A DNA stretch of 64,000 nucleotides from Squalus acanthias (lineage: Eukaryota): assembly GCA_030390025.1 (NCBI GenBank), contig JASTWF010000033.1, positions 2,544,001-2,608,000 of the forward strand, in the 5' to 3' direction. The translations under genes and the position numbers were made by a program. Positions 25,419 through 38,390 of the stretch are shown here, piece by piece. The number at the start of each line of letters is the position of its first letter. Positions within the stretch are counted from its first letter, which is position 1. The notes beneath the pieces are model-generated. The model did no database searches, was not told the origin of the DNA, and worked only from the letters and a program-made list of their open reading frames with translations.

Positions 25419-25959
25419 ATTTAAACCACATCTTATCTCTGATTTCTAGAAGGTTTTTTAAATTAATTAATCAAAGGCCCAAACTCTTGGCAGCAGCAAT
25501 TCATCAGATAAGGTGGCCCTTTCACTCAATCATCCATGCTTTGTGCATTTGCTGTACATAAGTTCTCATATTGAAAGTACACTTTGATGGTTTGCCATGG
25601 TTTCTCTTAATGCAGTGAACAGAAAAGGCACCACAGAAAATCTCGAGATTCACCAGTGTAATATTCGAATCAAAATGGCTATCGATGTGTAGCTATTTGT
25701 TCTTGGTGTATGAATGGCCTCCACTAGTGGCCACAGATTGTTTTCTCTTCTGTAATTTTGAAATTAAAATACCTTTGCATTTTCTGTTGCATCTGCACCA
25801 CTTCTGGTTTTAACTTTTTCAATTATACATACCTTTTATTTAATTTTTGGTTCCTGGGTTGGGGGCGATGCTGACAAGGTTCAATTTATTGCCACTCCCT
25901 TGGTGCCTCGAGGGCTTTAATATTCAAAGCTAATGGCGGCTGGAATACAAATGAAAGGA

Positions 25960-26130
25960 AGCGATGCTTGTGTTTTACAAAGCCTTGGCCAGACCCCAAT
26001 TGGGGAACTGCATTTAATTTTGGGCATCGAACCTCAGGAAATGTATATATTGTCCTGGAGGAGGAACAGCCTAGATTCACCAGAATGATATAGGGTTATA
26101 GGGTTAAGTTATGATGACAGGTTGCATAAA
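25960..26130 (+). mobile_element. Old CR1 fragment
   Basis: Degenerate similarity to the LYKALVRPHLEYC...RRFTR region. Confidence 0.55.
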
Positions 26131-26515
26131 CCCTATGCATTTGCTTTACGGAGGTTCTCATGTTAAAGAAGCCACGATGATAGTTGTCCAAGTGTTCTAG
26201 TGAAACTCAAATTAGAAAAGGCACAGCAGAAGATTACGAGACATACGTGGTGTAAGATTGAAATCAAAACGCTCATCCATGTATATTAGTTGTCGCTGGT
26301 GTTTGAACTGTTTCTACTATTGTCCCGATAATGTGATGTATTTTGCAATGATTAAAAAAAATCTTAGCTTCTTATATTTCTTCTGCACCACGTCATGTTC
26401 ACTTTTCAATTATTAATTCAGTTTTTTCAATTGTTGCTCCTTGGTTTGTGGGCAGCTCTGGCAAGGCATCATTTTTTTCCCAATCCCAAGGCGTCCTGAG
26501 GGGATTAAACATAAA

Positions 26516-27257
26516 GGCCCAAAAATTAGTGCCGCTACGCGAGAGTACGCACTGTGTGCTCTCGCGTATTCTGTCTCCAATTGCCGGTTTTCTGCATGCA
26601 CTGCGCATGCGCTTAAAACCGGCACTTGGTGAATTCAAAAGGGGGCGGTTCCTAGGAGAACCGCGTGCGCGCTACAGGCTGCGCGCACGCAGTGCACTTC
26701 GTGCTTTGAACGCGCAGGTAAGCATGGAACATTTTAGACATAAAGAAAGGAGGCGTAAGACCCTCTTTTAACAAGGTAAGTAGTTAATTAAGTATTATTT
26801 TGATTTTTTTTTAACAGGTATATCTTTTTTAGAGACTTTAAAGACAGGTAAGTTTATTTTTATAACATTTTAAAAGATTTTAAATTTTTTCAAAAATTTA
26901 ATTTTTTGTTTAAAATGGTTAATTTATTTAACTATACTTATTTTATTAATGTGATAGGTTTTTTTTTAAATTTAATTGAGGTTTAGCTGTTCTTTTGGGG
27001 GGTATAGATTCATAGCTTTCACAGCACTTGTGTGAAAGCTATGAATGAAAGATGCTGTGCTGCCATTGGCTCTAACTGAGTCACGTGATCCCACAGCTCG
27101 CACGAATTAACTGCGCCTGTGGGATACGGAAGCACTGCCCAGCTGCTGTCCAGAACTTCAAGTTCATGCGAGCTGGGCCTGAAAAAGCCAGCGCGCAGTG
27201 AGAAATCGCGGGGAAGCCTTACCCTCGCACGAAGGCTCTCTCACGAATTTTTGGGCC
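26516..27257. mobile_element. MITE-like non-autonomous DNA transposon (possibly PIF/Harbinger type)
   Basis: Terminal inverted repeats ggcccaaaaattagtg / cacgaatttttgggcc (15/16 match); taa and tta nearby; AT-rich core. Confidence 0.65.
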
Positions 27258-28617
27258 ATTATCTGAAGGGAGCTCAAATATGAACAGGAGGAAATAAGGC
27301 TTCAGTTATACAGAGCCTTGGTCAGACCCCGTATGGAGCACCGTGTTGAATTGAAAAGAAAATCCAGGGCTCGACAAAAAGGCTGCCGATTCACTATCGC
27401 CCGTTTTACTGTCCCGCCCAGGACCAATTTCATCATTACCTGTTTATTATATCTACTTTTTTTTGGCTTTAGCATCAACTAATTATATTTGTTAATGACG
27501 ATGATTTATTAATTTATAGTCTGTGCAGCACAATGCAGAATTCACACAGGGAGCAGGACGCGAAGAAGTTGCATTTATTCAGGCTTTTTAAAAATGTTAA
27601 GAGAGAAAATCAAAGATTGGGGCTCTCACATGGGGAAAAGATAAACCTGAAATAAACATGAACAAATTTTTAAAAAATATGATTTTCTTTAAAGTTTATA
27701 ATAAACTTCATTTTATCACAATGGAGAAATTTGACACTCCACAAAATTAAAAATAGTTATTCAGGTCCATAAGGCGTGTTTAGCAGTCAATTCGCTGTTA
27801 AAACCCCAGTTACACCGAATCCATTTAATGGGGTATTTAACAGCGATATTGCCGGGAAAAGCCCGAGTTTGGTCAGTTTCACTGATTTCCCTGATTCCAC
27901 TGATTGCCGGCTATGGGGGTGGGGGCGGGGGCACAGCGCAGCCAGTGTCGGAACAGTGAATGACTGACCGCAACTTCAGGATTTCCGTGTTTCGATGCCC
28001 ATGCGCTACATCCTGAAGTTGCGGTCAGCTTCAGAGGGGTAATAACAGCGAATGTTGTTTGTTCGCCGTCATTTTCCACCGCAAATTTCAGGCTTTATTA
28101 AGGTAACCATTGTAATGCGCGCAGTATCCATCAGCCGAGTGGTAAATTACTCCTTTTATACACCGCATGAAGAAGGCTATACTCAGAATAACTTGTATTT
28201 CAGCAGTTGGACTGCAGGAATCAGTAAACTACCCGGAGATGGTCTCTGTAAAGGGGAACTCGCGGTATTGCCGACTGGTGTTGTATCTTTTCCCAGTTAC
28301 AGTCCATTACATAGAATCACAGTCCGTCCGGCCGAAATCCATGAACACAAACAGCAATAAAACACAATAAATAGTTGGCACGGTAGTTGTTCCATGTCAG
28401 TTTAATTTTATTTAAATGTGTGATTACAGTAAAGGATTTTCCACACACGGCAGCTGCTCCAAGTTTACAAAACACACCTTGCTTCAAATTCAATCTCAAT
28501 CTAATCAGCTCGGTTTGCCTTCAAAACAACAGGATTACAGAGACTGGGTGGTGAGGGGCTGGGATACCGTGTGAAACAACATTGTAGCCTACGTGTGAAA
28601 ATCTTCCGTTTTCCTCG

Positions 28618-29519
28618 TTATTTTATAATCTTAGAAAGTACAGTGAAGGGATATTTCACCCCATTCTTCAGCTCCTCTCTGAACTTACTCTGGGTCACGG
28701 CATAAATAAAAGTGTTTGTGCAGCAACTCAGGAGCTGGAGCATAAACCCAATTTCTCGTACAATATTGGGGAGCTCAGCAATAGGGAACTCGCTCACCAG
28801 AACAATTCTAGTATACATCGTATTGAGCACGAGCACAGCCCATAGAAGGATAAAATTCCCCGAGATCACAAAAATTACAGTAATTGATTTTCTTCTGCTT
28901 TTTGTCTCTGGATCGCTGGGACTCTCCCCACTGACCCGGTCCCGAAGTTTCTTCCGAATTCTGATGGTCACTAAAATGTGTCTGACAGTTAAAACATTGA
29001 GCATCAGAATCAGAATAAATGGTACACACGGGGTGAAAATGTAATGTAGAAATTCAATTGCTGTCCATACTGGTGAATACATAACACTGTAGGTCATAGC
29101 GCAGAACCAGGGAACTCTCATTAGCATATAGTTGCCTGTAACCATAAAGTACCAGAAAATGTTCTTCACACAGAACAACACAGTCATTGTTCCAATAACC
29201 ACCGCCGCCGATTTCTCGGTGCAATATTTGTTTTTTAGCTTCTGGCAACAAATGGCCACAAATCGATCAAAGGTGAAAGAGACGGTGAACCAGACAGAAC
29301 AGTCTGTGGCTGCATAAAGAAGGACGGCGTGAATGTTACACACGGGAATGTCGAACAGAAAGTGAAACCTCGTATAATAAACAATGGGGATGCGCCTCAT
29401 TATCAGATCGAGGATAACGACCAGTAGATCCGCCGCTGCCATGGCCACCAGGTACCGAGTGACACATTTGGAGAGGCCACACTTTCCCCGAGACAGGATC
29501 ACAATCGTCACTATGTTAA
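28618..29519 (-). CDS. GPR139/GPR142-like class A orphan GPCR, exon 2
   Basis: YLVAMAAADLL (TM2), FTFDRFVAIC (TM3), SCCTNTFIY (TM7); pyrimidine tract plus ttacAG acceptor at 29520-29521; phase matches exon 1. Confidence 0.9.
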
Positions 29520-29877
29520 CTGTAAGGAAGGGGTGGGAAAGGGAAATTACACATCAGGATGGGAGCAGAAATATCAGTGTCGTGGATCAATGGATGTAAT
29601 TTACTGAAAGCTCACAACATCCCGTGATGGAATCCGATGTCACAGAACTTCATGTTAGAGCTAAGACTTCAAGTCAACTGTCAGCAAGGTCTGATCAAAT
29701 TGGATAAATAAACATGAAAATAACACGGTTATATTTATTCAGAAATGTCCAACAACAGAATGTGGTTTGCCCTAATGAACAAAGAGTAAACACACTGACT
29801 GGTGCCAACAAAACCTGATGGTGCTGACAGAAGGTCCCACGGTCAAATCTGGGCCTAGTCAGTTACAACTGGAATCA

Positions 29878-30150
29878 ATGACCCTGTGATATGGTGGGGT
29901 TGATCCCCCTGGTTCCAGCTCCTAAGCAGTGACTCTGGGATGTGCTGAGGGTGTAACCCGCTTGGCCCTGCTCCTGATCAGTGACTCTGAGATGTGCTGA
30001 GGGTGTAACCCCCTTGGCCCTGCTCCTGATCAGTGACTCTGAGATGTGCTGAGGGTGAAACTCCCATTGGTCCTGCTCCTGATCACTGACCCTGAGATAT
30101 GCTGAGTATGTAATCCCCTGACTCCTGATGCTGATCAGAGACCCTGGGTA
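29878..30150. repeat. ~52-bp minisatellite in the GPCR intron
   Basis: cagtgactctgagatgtgctgagggtgtaacc...tgctcctgat units. Confidence 0.8.
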
Positions 30151-30164
30151 TTGTTGGGATGTCA

Positions 30165-30570
30165 CATATGAACTTAGGAGCAGGAGTGTGCCATTCAGCC
30201 CATCGAGCCTGATCCGCCATTTAATGAGATCTGGGCTATCTGTATCCAAACTCCATTCATCTGCCTCGTGTCTGTATAACTTAATACCCAACAAATGCTC
30301 AGTTTAGCTGAATCACTTCCCAAAACAGATGTTAGACTATCTGGTCTTTAATTTCCTGGTATCTCTCTCTCAACTTTCCTAAATAACAATTGGATTTGTA
30401 ATTTTGCAACCAAATGGGACAATTCCTGACTCGAGAGAGCTTCGGAAGATTACGGCTAAACCATCTGCAATTTCCTCACTAGTTTCTTTATAACCCTGGG
30501 GTGGAAACCAGCTGGTTCTCAGGATTATCAGTCTTTAGTGCCATTATATTTGCTGATACTGTTTTCTTGC
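30165..30570 (-). mobile_element. Old CR1/SINE tail and CR1 fragment
   Basis: Reverse complement of the CR1 3' UTR (ggagcaggagt..ccattcagccc) and of the PGPDG region. Confidence 0.55.
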
Positions 30571-30618
30571 TTACGTTACCCCGACTACTTTTTCTCTTAT
30601 ATAATTGTAAAAACCTTT

Positions 30619-31736
30619 ACAGGGGGGAACCAGTAGATGTGGTGTACTTGGACTTTCAGAAGGCCTTCGACAAGGTCCCACACAAGAGATTGGTGAGCAA
30701 AGTTAAAGCACATGGGATTGGGGGTAATGTGTTGACGTGGATTGAGAACAGGTTGGCACACAGGAAACAAAGAGTAGCAGTAAATGGGTACTTTTCAGAA
30801 TGGCAGGCAGTGACCAGCGGGGTACCGCAGGGTTCGGTGCTGGGACCCCAGCTGTTTACATTATATATTAATGATTTGGACGAAGAGATTAAATGTAATA
30901 TCTCCAAATTTGCGGATGACACTAAATTGGGAGGCAGTGTGAACAATGAGGAGGATGCTAGGAGGCTACAGAGTGACTTGGACAGGTTGGGTGAATGGGC
31001 AAATATATGGCAGATGAAGTACAATGTGGATAAATGTGAGGTTATCCACTTTGGTGGTAAAAATAGAGAGGCGGACTATTACCTGAATGGTGGCAGATTA
31101 GGGAAAGGGGACATGCAACGAGACCTGGGCGTCATGGTACATCAGTCACTGAAGGTGGGAATGCAAGTGCAGCAGGCAGTCAAGAAAGCAAACGGAATGA
31201 TGGCCTTCATAGCAAGGGGATTTGAGTACAGGAGTAGGGAGGTGATGCTACAGTTGTACAGGGCCTTGGTGAGGCCACACCTGGAGTATTGTGCGCAGTT
31301 TTGGTCTCCTAACTTAAGGAAGGACATTCTTGCTATTGAGGGAGTGCAGCGAAGGTTCACTAGATTGATTCCTGGGATGGCCGGACTGACATATCAAGAA
31401 AGAGTGGGTCAACTGAACTTGTATCCTCTGGAGTTCAGAAGAATGAGGGGGGATCTTATTGAGACATTTAAAATCCTGACTGGTTTAGACAAATTAGATG
31501 CGGGCAGAATGTTCCCAATGGTAGGGAAAACTAGAACCAGGGGTCACAGTCTAAGGATTAAGGGGAAGCCATTTAGGACTGAGCTGAGAAGGAACTTCTT
31601 CACCCAGAGAGTGGTGAATCTATGGAATTCTCTTCCACAGAAGGTTGTTGAGGCCAGTTCGCTAAATATATTCAAAAGGGAGTTAGATATAACACTCACA
31701 ACTAAGGGGATCAAGGGGTATGGCGAGAAAGCAGGA
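30619..31736 (+). mobile_element. Internal CR1 RT fragment with open frame and no 3' tail
   Basis: Nearly identical to 41848-42952; ORF 30501-31748. Confidence 0.9.
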
Positions 31737-31931
31737 TGTTGCTCTTGAAATCCATCGCAATTTTCTTTTCGTATTCCATCTTTCCAGCTCTTAATATCTG
31801 TGTTGTCTTCCTTTGCTGTTCTTTCTATCTCTGGCAGCTCCCTCGATCTATACTATTATTTTCACTTTTGTATGTTCTTTCCATTTGCTTTATGTTATAT
31901 CACACCTCTTCTGTTGACCATTGTTCACATG

Positions 31932-32288
31932 AGTCCTGCTCCTAATCAGTGACTCTGGGATATGGTGGGCTATACGCCTTGGTCCTGCTCCTGATCAGTG
32001 ACCCTGGGATATGGTGGGGTATACGCCTTGGTCCTGCTCCTGATCAGTGACCCTGTGATATGGTGGGGTATACGCCTTGGTCCTGCTCCTGATCAGTGAC
32101 CCTGTGATATGGTGGGGTATACGCCTTGGTCCTGCTCCTGATCAGTGACCCTGGGATATGGTGGGGTATACGCCTTGGTCCTGCTCCTGATCAGTGACTA
32201 TGGGATATGGTGGGGTATACGCCTTGGTCCTGCTCCTGATCAGTGACCCTGTGATATGGTGGGGTATACGCCTTGGTCCTGCTCCTGT
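31932..32288. repeat. 49-bp minisatellite related to the 52-bp array
   Basis: cagtgaccctgggatatggtggggtatacgccttggtcctgctcctgat, about 7 copies. Confidence 0.9.
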
Positions 32289-33373
32289 ACACTGTGTAAT
32301 GACTTCTGCTGGAAAGTGTCTGTTTGAATGTTTGACGAGTAAAAGGATTGTTCATCCACGTTATGTGCCGTGGCAGAATGACATTTTGCACCTGCTGCCT
32401 CGCCTCAAACTTAATGAACGGTAATTTCAGAGTGGTCCCTGGTACCGAAACCTAGCAAGGACCTGTAGAAACCCGGAGGTTAAACTAACCCGACCAGCGG
32501 GAATGGAGTGTGTTCAAGTCGGACACCTGTTTTACTCAAGGTCCAATGGTCCGCAACATTGAAGTCAATGCAGAGCGAAATCGGGGGGTGGGGGGCTGTA
32601 AAACGGGTGTCCGGCCCGAACTCGCCTGGTTCCCGCCGGGCGGGTTAGCTTCAAATGATAGCTGAAATTAGATACAGAGGCAGAGAACAAGAGTGAATTA
32701 AAATCATCAATGAGATATTTCAAACCAACATCAGCCGTGAGATGGGTCGGAACTCGAGACAGCGTAAATCACTCTTAGAGGATATACTTCTAACTAAAGA
32801 GGAGAACAGTACAAGGAGCAGAGGAAGACACCGGGTCATGAGGAGAGAGTGGGTCTGGGGAGTCGCTTTTGAAATACTGCAGCAAACAGTTGAGACTGAG
32901 AGAAGGCTGAACCGTCTCCTTCTGGGCAGGAAACATCTGGGGTGTGAAACGGCAGTGGAAAAATAGACCAAAGGAGAATCATCTGTAATCATGTGTGGAA
33001 CATGAGATAGCTGTCTTGTGAAAACTCATCAAGGACACAATACCTTCTGGAGAGGAAGAGAGAGAAACTTAAAAAAAATCAGTATTGGCAATAATAACGA
33101 AATATTGTCTTTTGCTCCCGGATAAAAATGGTCAATAGCGGATTGGCTGAGGCTTTTACACACTGCCCGATTTCTTTCATTGATTACTGGCGCAACTTTT
33201 AACTTTCAACAAAGAAGTAAACGAGACAATATCGAATGGGCCAATGTTTCTAAAACCCCACTCGGTTTCGCTATCATTAAAATCAATGTAAAGGAAATTC
33301 GTGAGAAGTGTATAATGGGCTGTCAGTGTTACATAACCGATCTTACACTATTACCAATACAAAATGTACTACC

Positions 33374-33722
<349 letters not shown>

Positions 33723-34626
33723 ATGATTTTGTAATGGGAGAATTTCCATACGTATTTCAAAACTATTCGGATGGGCAGCCACTATAAAGGGGCTGATGAT
33801 GTAAAGAACGATTCGATCTGCCACCTTGTGTTTGAGAAAGAATCTGAATGGAAGTGAAACAATGCTAATCTGGCGCTGTCCACATGTGAATGAGAACTAA
33901 ATATATTTCAAATTGATAGAGGGAATACAAAACGATAAAATGATAAAAGAATCTACAATGCACCTTACTCCATTTACAATCAATTGGAATTAAAATCAGT
34001 TGGAATGATTTATCGCCAATTGCAACACTGTATCATTAATTTTACCCAACAGATATAAAAAATATCCTTGAAGCCATGAACATATTCCTGATTGGATTTG
34101 ATTCGATCTTCACTGTCTAACAATCAATCACCGCCTGTCCGGAGCACACACAGATAATCGGGGCGGGGAACAGGCCCCTCACCAATAATAGAACCCGCCA
34201 GATTCATCTTCCTTTAAAATCAATGGAACCACTGTGGCTGGTTTTGTAAATCCTTCTCGCCCACTTCTTGTTCCACCGGCCTCCTCAGTCGCTGTTTAAC
34301 GCCCAGAGGGTAAAGTGTAAAATCTACTCCCAGACTCAGACCGGACTGCAGATTGTAAGATATTCATTCAATAAATCACCGAGTGACACTGTCGGGGAAC
34401 GAGTTACTTTCAGACACAAAGCAAGAGGAATAAACTGAGTACAATGAATTTTTGGATATGCAGACTTGCATAATGAACACAGTGTTTACAGTTAAATATC
34501 GTTTCCAGTATGAAATAGTAATATGGTCACTTACAAGGAACACCGACAGCATCTGGGATTTGACAGTTACAGGCAGGATTACAATTAAAATGGTTACAGG
34601 ATTAATACCTGGAGATAGAGACTTAC

Positions 34627-34696
34627 CAGGGACACCAAAAACAGCGAGGGTGGGATAATAAATCTTCTGTACACTATAAATTGCAAGCATTGCCAT
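34627..34696 (-). CDS. GPR139/GPR142-like GPCR, exon 1
   Basis: MAMLAIYSVQKIYYPTLAVFGVP-G|GTAAGT donor; splicing gives ...GVPVNIVTIVIL (TM1 Asn) and a 323-aa ORF. Confidence 0.85.
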
Positions 34697-35696
34697 ATTT
34701 TCTCATGGAGGACTCCGATCCGTATTTCCAACTTCTGCTGAACGCTGATCCCGGGTTGTTCTGCAGACCAAGCTCCGAGAGACACTCTGGCTTAATACAC
34801 TGAGCGAAGGCCCTTATGTAAGGCGAGATAAATCTCCACTGACATAATTAGGGCGCAAGGAGACTGACATTATTTACAGTGACTGAACAAACAGATTCAG
34901 TTAATCTCTTTTACACAACGTGTTGCAATATCATAAACTATATTTAGCCCGATATTGCACAGATGTAAAGTGAATCGCCCCAAAGCTCAGGGTTAATCAG
35001 ATTATGTGGAATCGTCAGTATGGCCGCATTGGGTGAAGCGAGAACAGGTTTAGTTACAGGTTTCTGATGATCTCTGTGATAATGAGGTTCTGTAATTTCA
35101 GAGAATTTCTATCCAATTCTCAGTGTGGACTTTAACCTCAGTCAGTGAAAGCAAACCATTTGGTTGAGCTCCCGGGAATATCCTTTGCTTATTTCTGAAG
35201 ATCCATGGCAAACATTGTCCTATTTCCATTGCCCTTAAAATGCAGACACACTCCTGGCGACCGCAAAGAATGTGTGCACATGACCCGTGAATCTTTCCAG
35301 AAATACACAACCATTGACGCTGCACTTAGTCAGATATGGCCATGTACCTGCTCTAAACATTGAAACATTCCTGAGGACTCCCCACTAATATTGATACACC
35401 TCCTGGAACCGGTATAACAAGATTCCAAGTGCCCCAAACCTGCAGATGGTGATGTAATCATTGGTACCTGAATAAACATGTACAAGTGCATGGAACTTAC
35501 TGGAGTTATGGCACAATTCCTGGGAACCCATTCGCAAATACTAACTATTCCACAGAACCCCTGCAAAGAACTCACTGTCAGGAGTTCCGACACTTATTTT
35601 CTCACTTCCAGTTGCAGAGTGCAAATAAATCTCATTTCCAGGGATCGCCATCAGACAAAGAGCTAATCCCTAAATTGTTACCGGAGACTTCAGTTA

Positions 35697-35930
35697 TGTG
35701 GAGAGACTAGAGAATCTGGGATTGTTCTTCTTAGAGCAGAGAGGGTTAAATGGAGATTTAAATGAGGCAATCAAAATCATGAAGTGTTTTGATAGAGTAT
35801 ATAGGGAGAAACTGTTTCCACTGGCAGGATGGTCGATAACCAAAGGACACAGATTTAGGATAATTTGCAAGAAAAAATCCAGGCGGAATATCAGGATCAT
35901 TGTTGTAATGCGGCAATTTGTTCTGATCTG
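35697..35930 (+). mobile_element. Old CR1 3' fragment; a probable continuation lies at 38880-38995
   Basis: ERLENLGLFFLEQRGLNGDL...TKGHRF. Confidence 0.7.
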
Positions 35931-36229
35931 GAATATAGCTCTAGAAATTGTACAAGGCCTGAAAACAGGCGCAGGCAGCGCAAAGCTCGATCTGCCCCAG
36001 TCCTTTCTAAGTGTTGCAGGCAGCACACACAATTCGTGCTGCCTGCTTATTGCAATGATTGCAATGCGGATCTCAGCGCTAAATCCGCTGCTGATTGGCT
36101 TAGTGCTGAACAGGGGGGACAATATCGTGTGCAGTCTACTGGCCAATAAAGTTTGGCCTAGGTTCGCTGCACTATTAAAGGGGAAGTGCCTTGTTGCAGA
36201 AGCACCTCATTGTCATTGTGGAGAAAACC

Positions 36230-37360
36230 ATGTTCCAACAGCTAAGAGAAAGGACGATGTGATTTTCAGATGCAGCAATGGAGGCCTTGGTCCGCGAGTT
36301 TCAAAGACGTTGTCAGGCCGTCTATCTAAGAGTGGCAAGAGGCTTTCAAGGAAGGACAACAGAAGGCTGCGGGAGGTGATCGCTGAAGCCGTCAGTGCGA
36401 CAAGTGTTAGCCCCAAGACCTGGATGCAATCCCGCAAAAAGTTTAATGACCTCAGACGAGTGGTCAAGGTGGGTGAATGCATCATCAAATGCCATATCGC
36501 ACCATCTGCACCACAAGCCTCACACATTGCTCAATGCAACACACTGATGGTGTAGGCATGGATATCGTGCTATCCCCCTTCATTCACCACATCTCGACGC
36601 TTGTGCCTTTCTCCTTTCAGATACGAACGAATTCCAACGAGGCCAACCTGTCCCCGAATCTTTGGAGGAGAGCAGTGCAGGAGCACCGTCAATGCATCTG
36701 ATATTCACAGGCTCCAGCTCAGAAAATGGCACTGCGAGGATTTTAGAGTGTAGTATAGAGGCAGGCTCTGCAGGTGGTGAGTTACTGGACACCAGTGGGC
36801 TGCAGCCAGGTCAGGGGGAAAGGATAGATGGGTGTCAGCTCCCCAGTGGGTGAGTTCATGCACGAGTTCTGATGCACAGGAATCAGATCAGTACCTCAAT
36901 GGGACGGCCATCAGAAGAAGGGTGATGGGTATGCACACTGAAATGCTAGGGGCAATGGCAAGCCTGCCAGAGGGCCTCTTGTCAGTGCCAAGGAGCATGG
37001 AGATGTCCAGCTCCAACATTGCAAAGGAATTTGCACGGAGCTTGGAGCCCGTGATTTCCAGGATGGAAATGAATGGCAACTCCATGAGAGACCTAGTAGA
37101 CCCAGCCATGATGCAGTGTGTGATGGGTGATGTCACAGCTTCCATTGCAGCACAGGCGGAAGCGACCCAACGTCTCAGTACTGCAGTGGAAGCTCACATT
37201 GCTGCCATCGTGGCTGGCTTTACGAGTATGAAGTGCGGGGTTTCACAGCACTCCGGCAATCTTTCACCAAATAGAAGGCTAGAATTGCAGAGGCGCCACC
37301 CTGGGAAGTGGCAGTGGCTCCACAGAGCAAGAACCTGCAGTCCTCTCTCAGGATAACAGT
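36230..37360 (+). pseudogene. Harbinger Myb/SANT-like DNA-binding protein remnant
   Basis: EVIAEAVSATSVSPKTWMQSRKKFNDL motif; frameshifts. Confidence 0.7.
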
Positions 37361-37839
37361 ATTCATAATCCCACCACTGCATCTCTGGCAGTGCCCTTGC
37401 TGCTGCCTGTCTTCCAGCAAACCCAGGCTACTGCCGTCCATGCCGAGGTGGTGCGGTCTACAGCCGTGCATTCTAGGCCCAGAGCTGCTCGAGGTCTTCC
37501 TGCAAGGCCATCTGCAGTCTCCCCATTGAAAGTCAGCAGCCTTCCATCAGCCATTCTGTAGCCACTGGGGGAGCACTTCGTAGGAGCACGAGAGTAGGAG
37601 AAGCAACACGAAAGAAAGACAGACACTGAGGGAAAGCACAAGTGCGATTAGAGTTGACTTTGTTATTCTGATTGTGATTTGATAACTTTATAAATTATGT
37701 TTGGAATGTTTGTTTTGTGGTGGCTCTCATTTCAGCTTTGTGACCAGGAGGACGCTGTGATGTTCTGTGACAGAGGGATGGTAAGATGGGGAACTGGTGA
37801 GCAACAGGCATGTGGAATTTCATTCACTGGAACTGGAAT

Positions 37840-38390
37840 CTGATGAGGCGCTCACGGACAGCCTGTCCAGAACAAGAATCTACTGCCTGCCTCCTCCCTT
37901 CTCCATCCTCCTCTTCTTCGTTCTCCTGCTCTTCCATTTCTACCTATTCCGCCTCCTGCTCTTCCTCCTCCTGCTCTTCCTCCTCTTCCTCCTCCTCCTG
38001 AGGTGGTCCCAGAATCCGTGGTGGCAATCACTTCGCCCTCAAGATGCCCACGTTGTGGCGCATGCAGCAGATCACCACTAAATGGGACTCCAGTGTTTAC
38101 TGGAGAGCTCCTCATGAGCCGTCAAGGCTGAAGGACCGTTGCTTTAACACCCCGATAGTCTGAACGATGAGGTACCTCGTGGCAGCATGGCTCTCATTAT
38201 ATGATTGCTGGCCCCGAGTGGTTGCGGTATTGGTGAGGTGTCATCAGCCAGTTGCACAGCGGAAAGCCCTTGTCTCCGAGCAGCCACCCTTTGGTTTGAC
38301 ATGGTGGCTGGAAGACTGCTGGTAAACTAGACTGGTGCAGGATGAAGGCATCATGACTGCTGCCAGGATAACAGGCATTCACCCCAATGT
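37840..38390 (-). pseudogene. HARBI1-like DDE transposase C-terminal remnant
   Basis: YPGSSHDAFIL..GWLLGDKGFPL..WLMTP followed by CCMRHN and an acidic tail. Confidence 0.8.

Larger units (their letters stand above)
35937..38390. mobile_element. Decayed PIF/Harbinger DNA transposon
   Basis: Plus-strand Myb/SANT-like remnant and convergent minus-strand HARBI1-like DDE remnant; ends approximate. Confidence 0.8.

Noticed and set aside
34376..34626. C-terminal extension of the 106-aa ORF
   Set aside because: Lies after the GTAAGT donor and is intronic
35698..36555. 285-aa CR1-Myb fusion protein
   Set aside because: Chance read-through across adjacent decayed CR1 and Harbinger pieces; the Myb part is frameshifted
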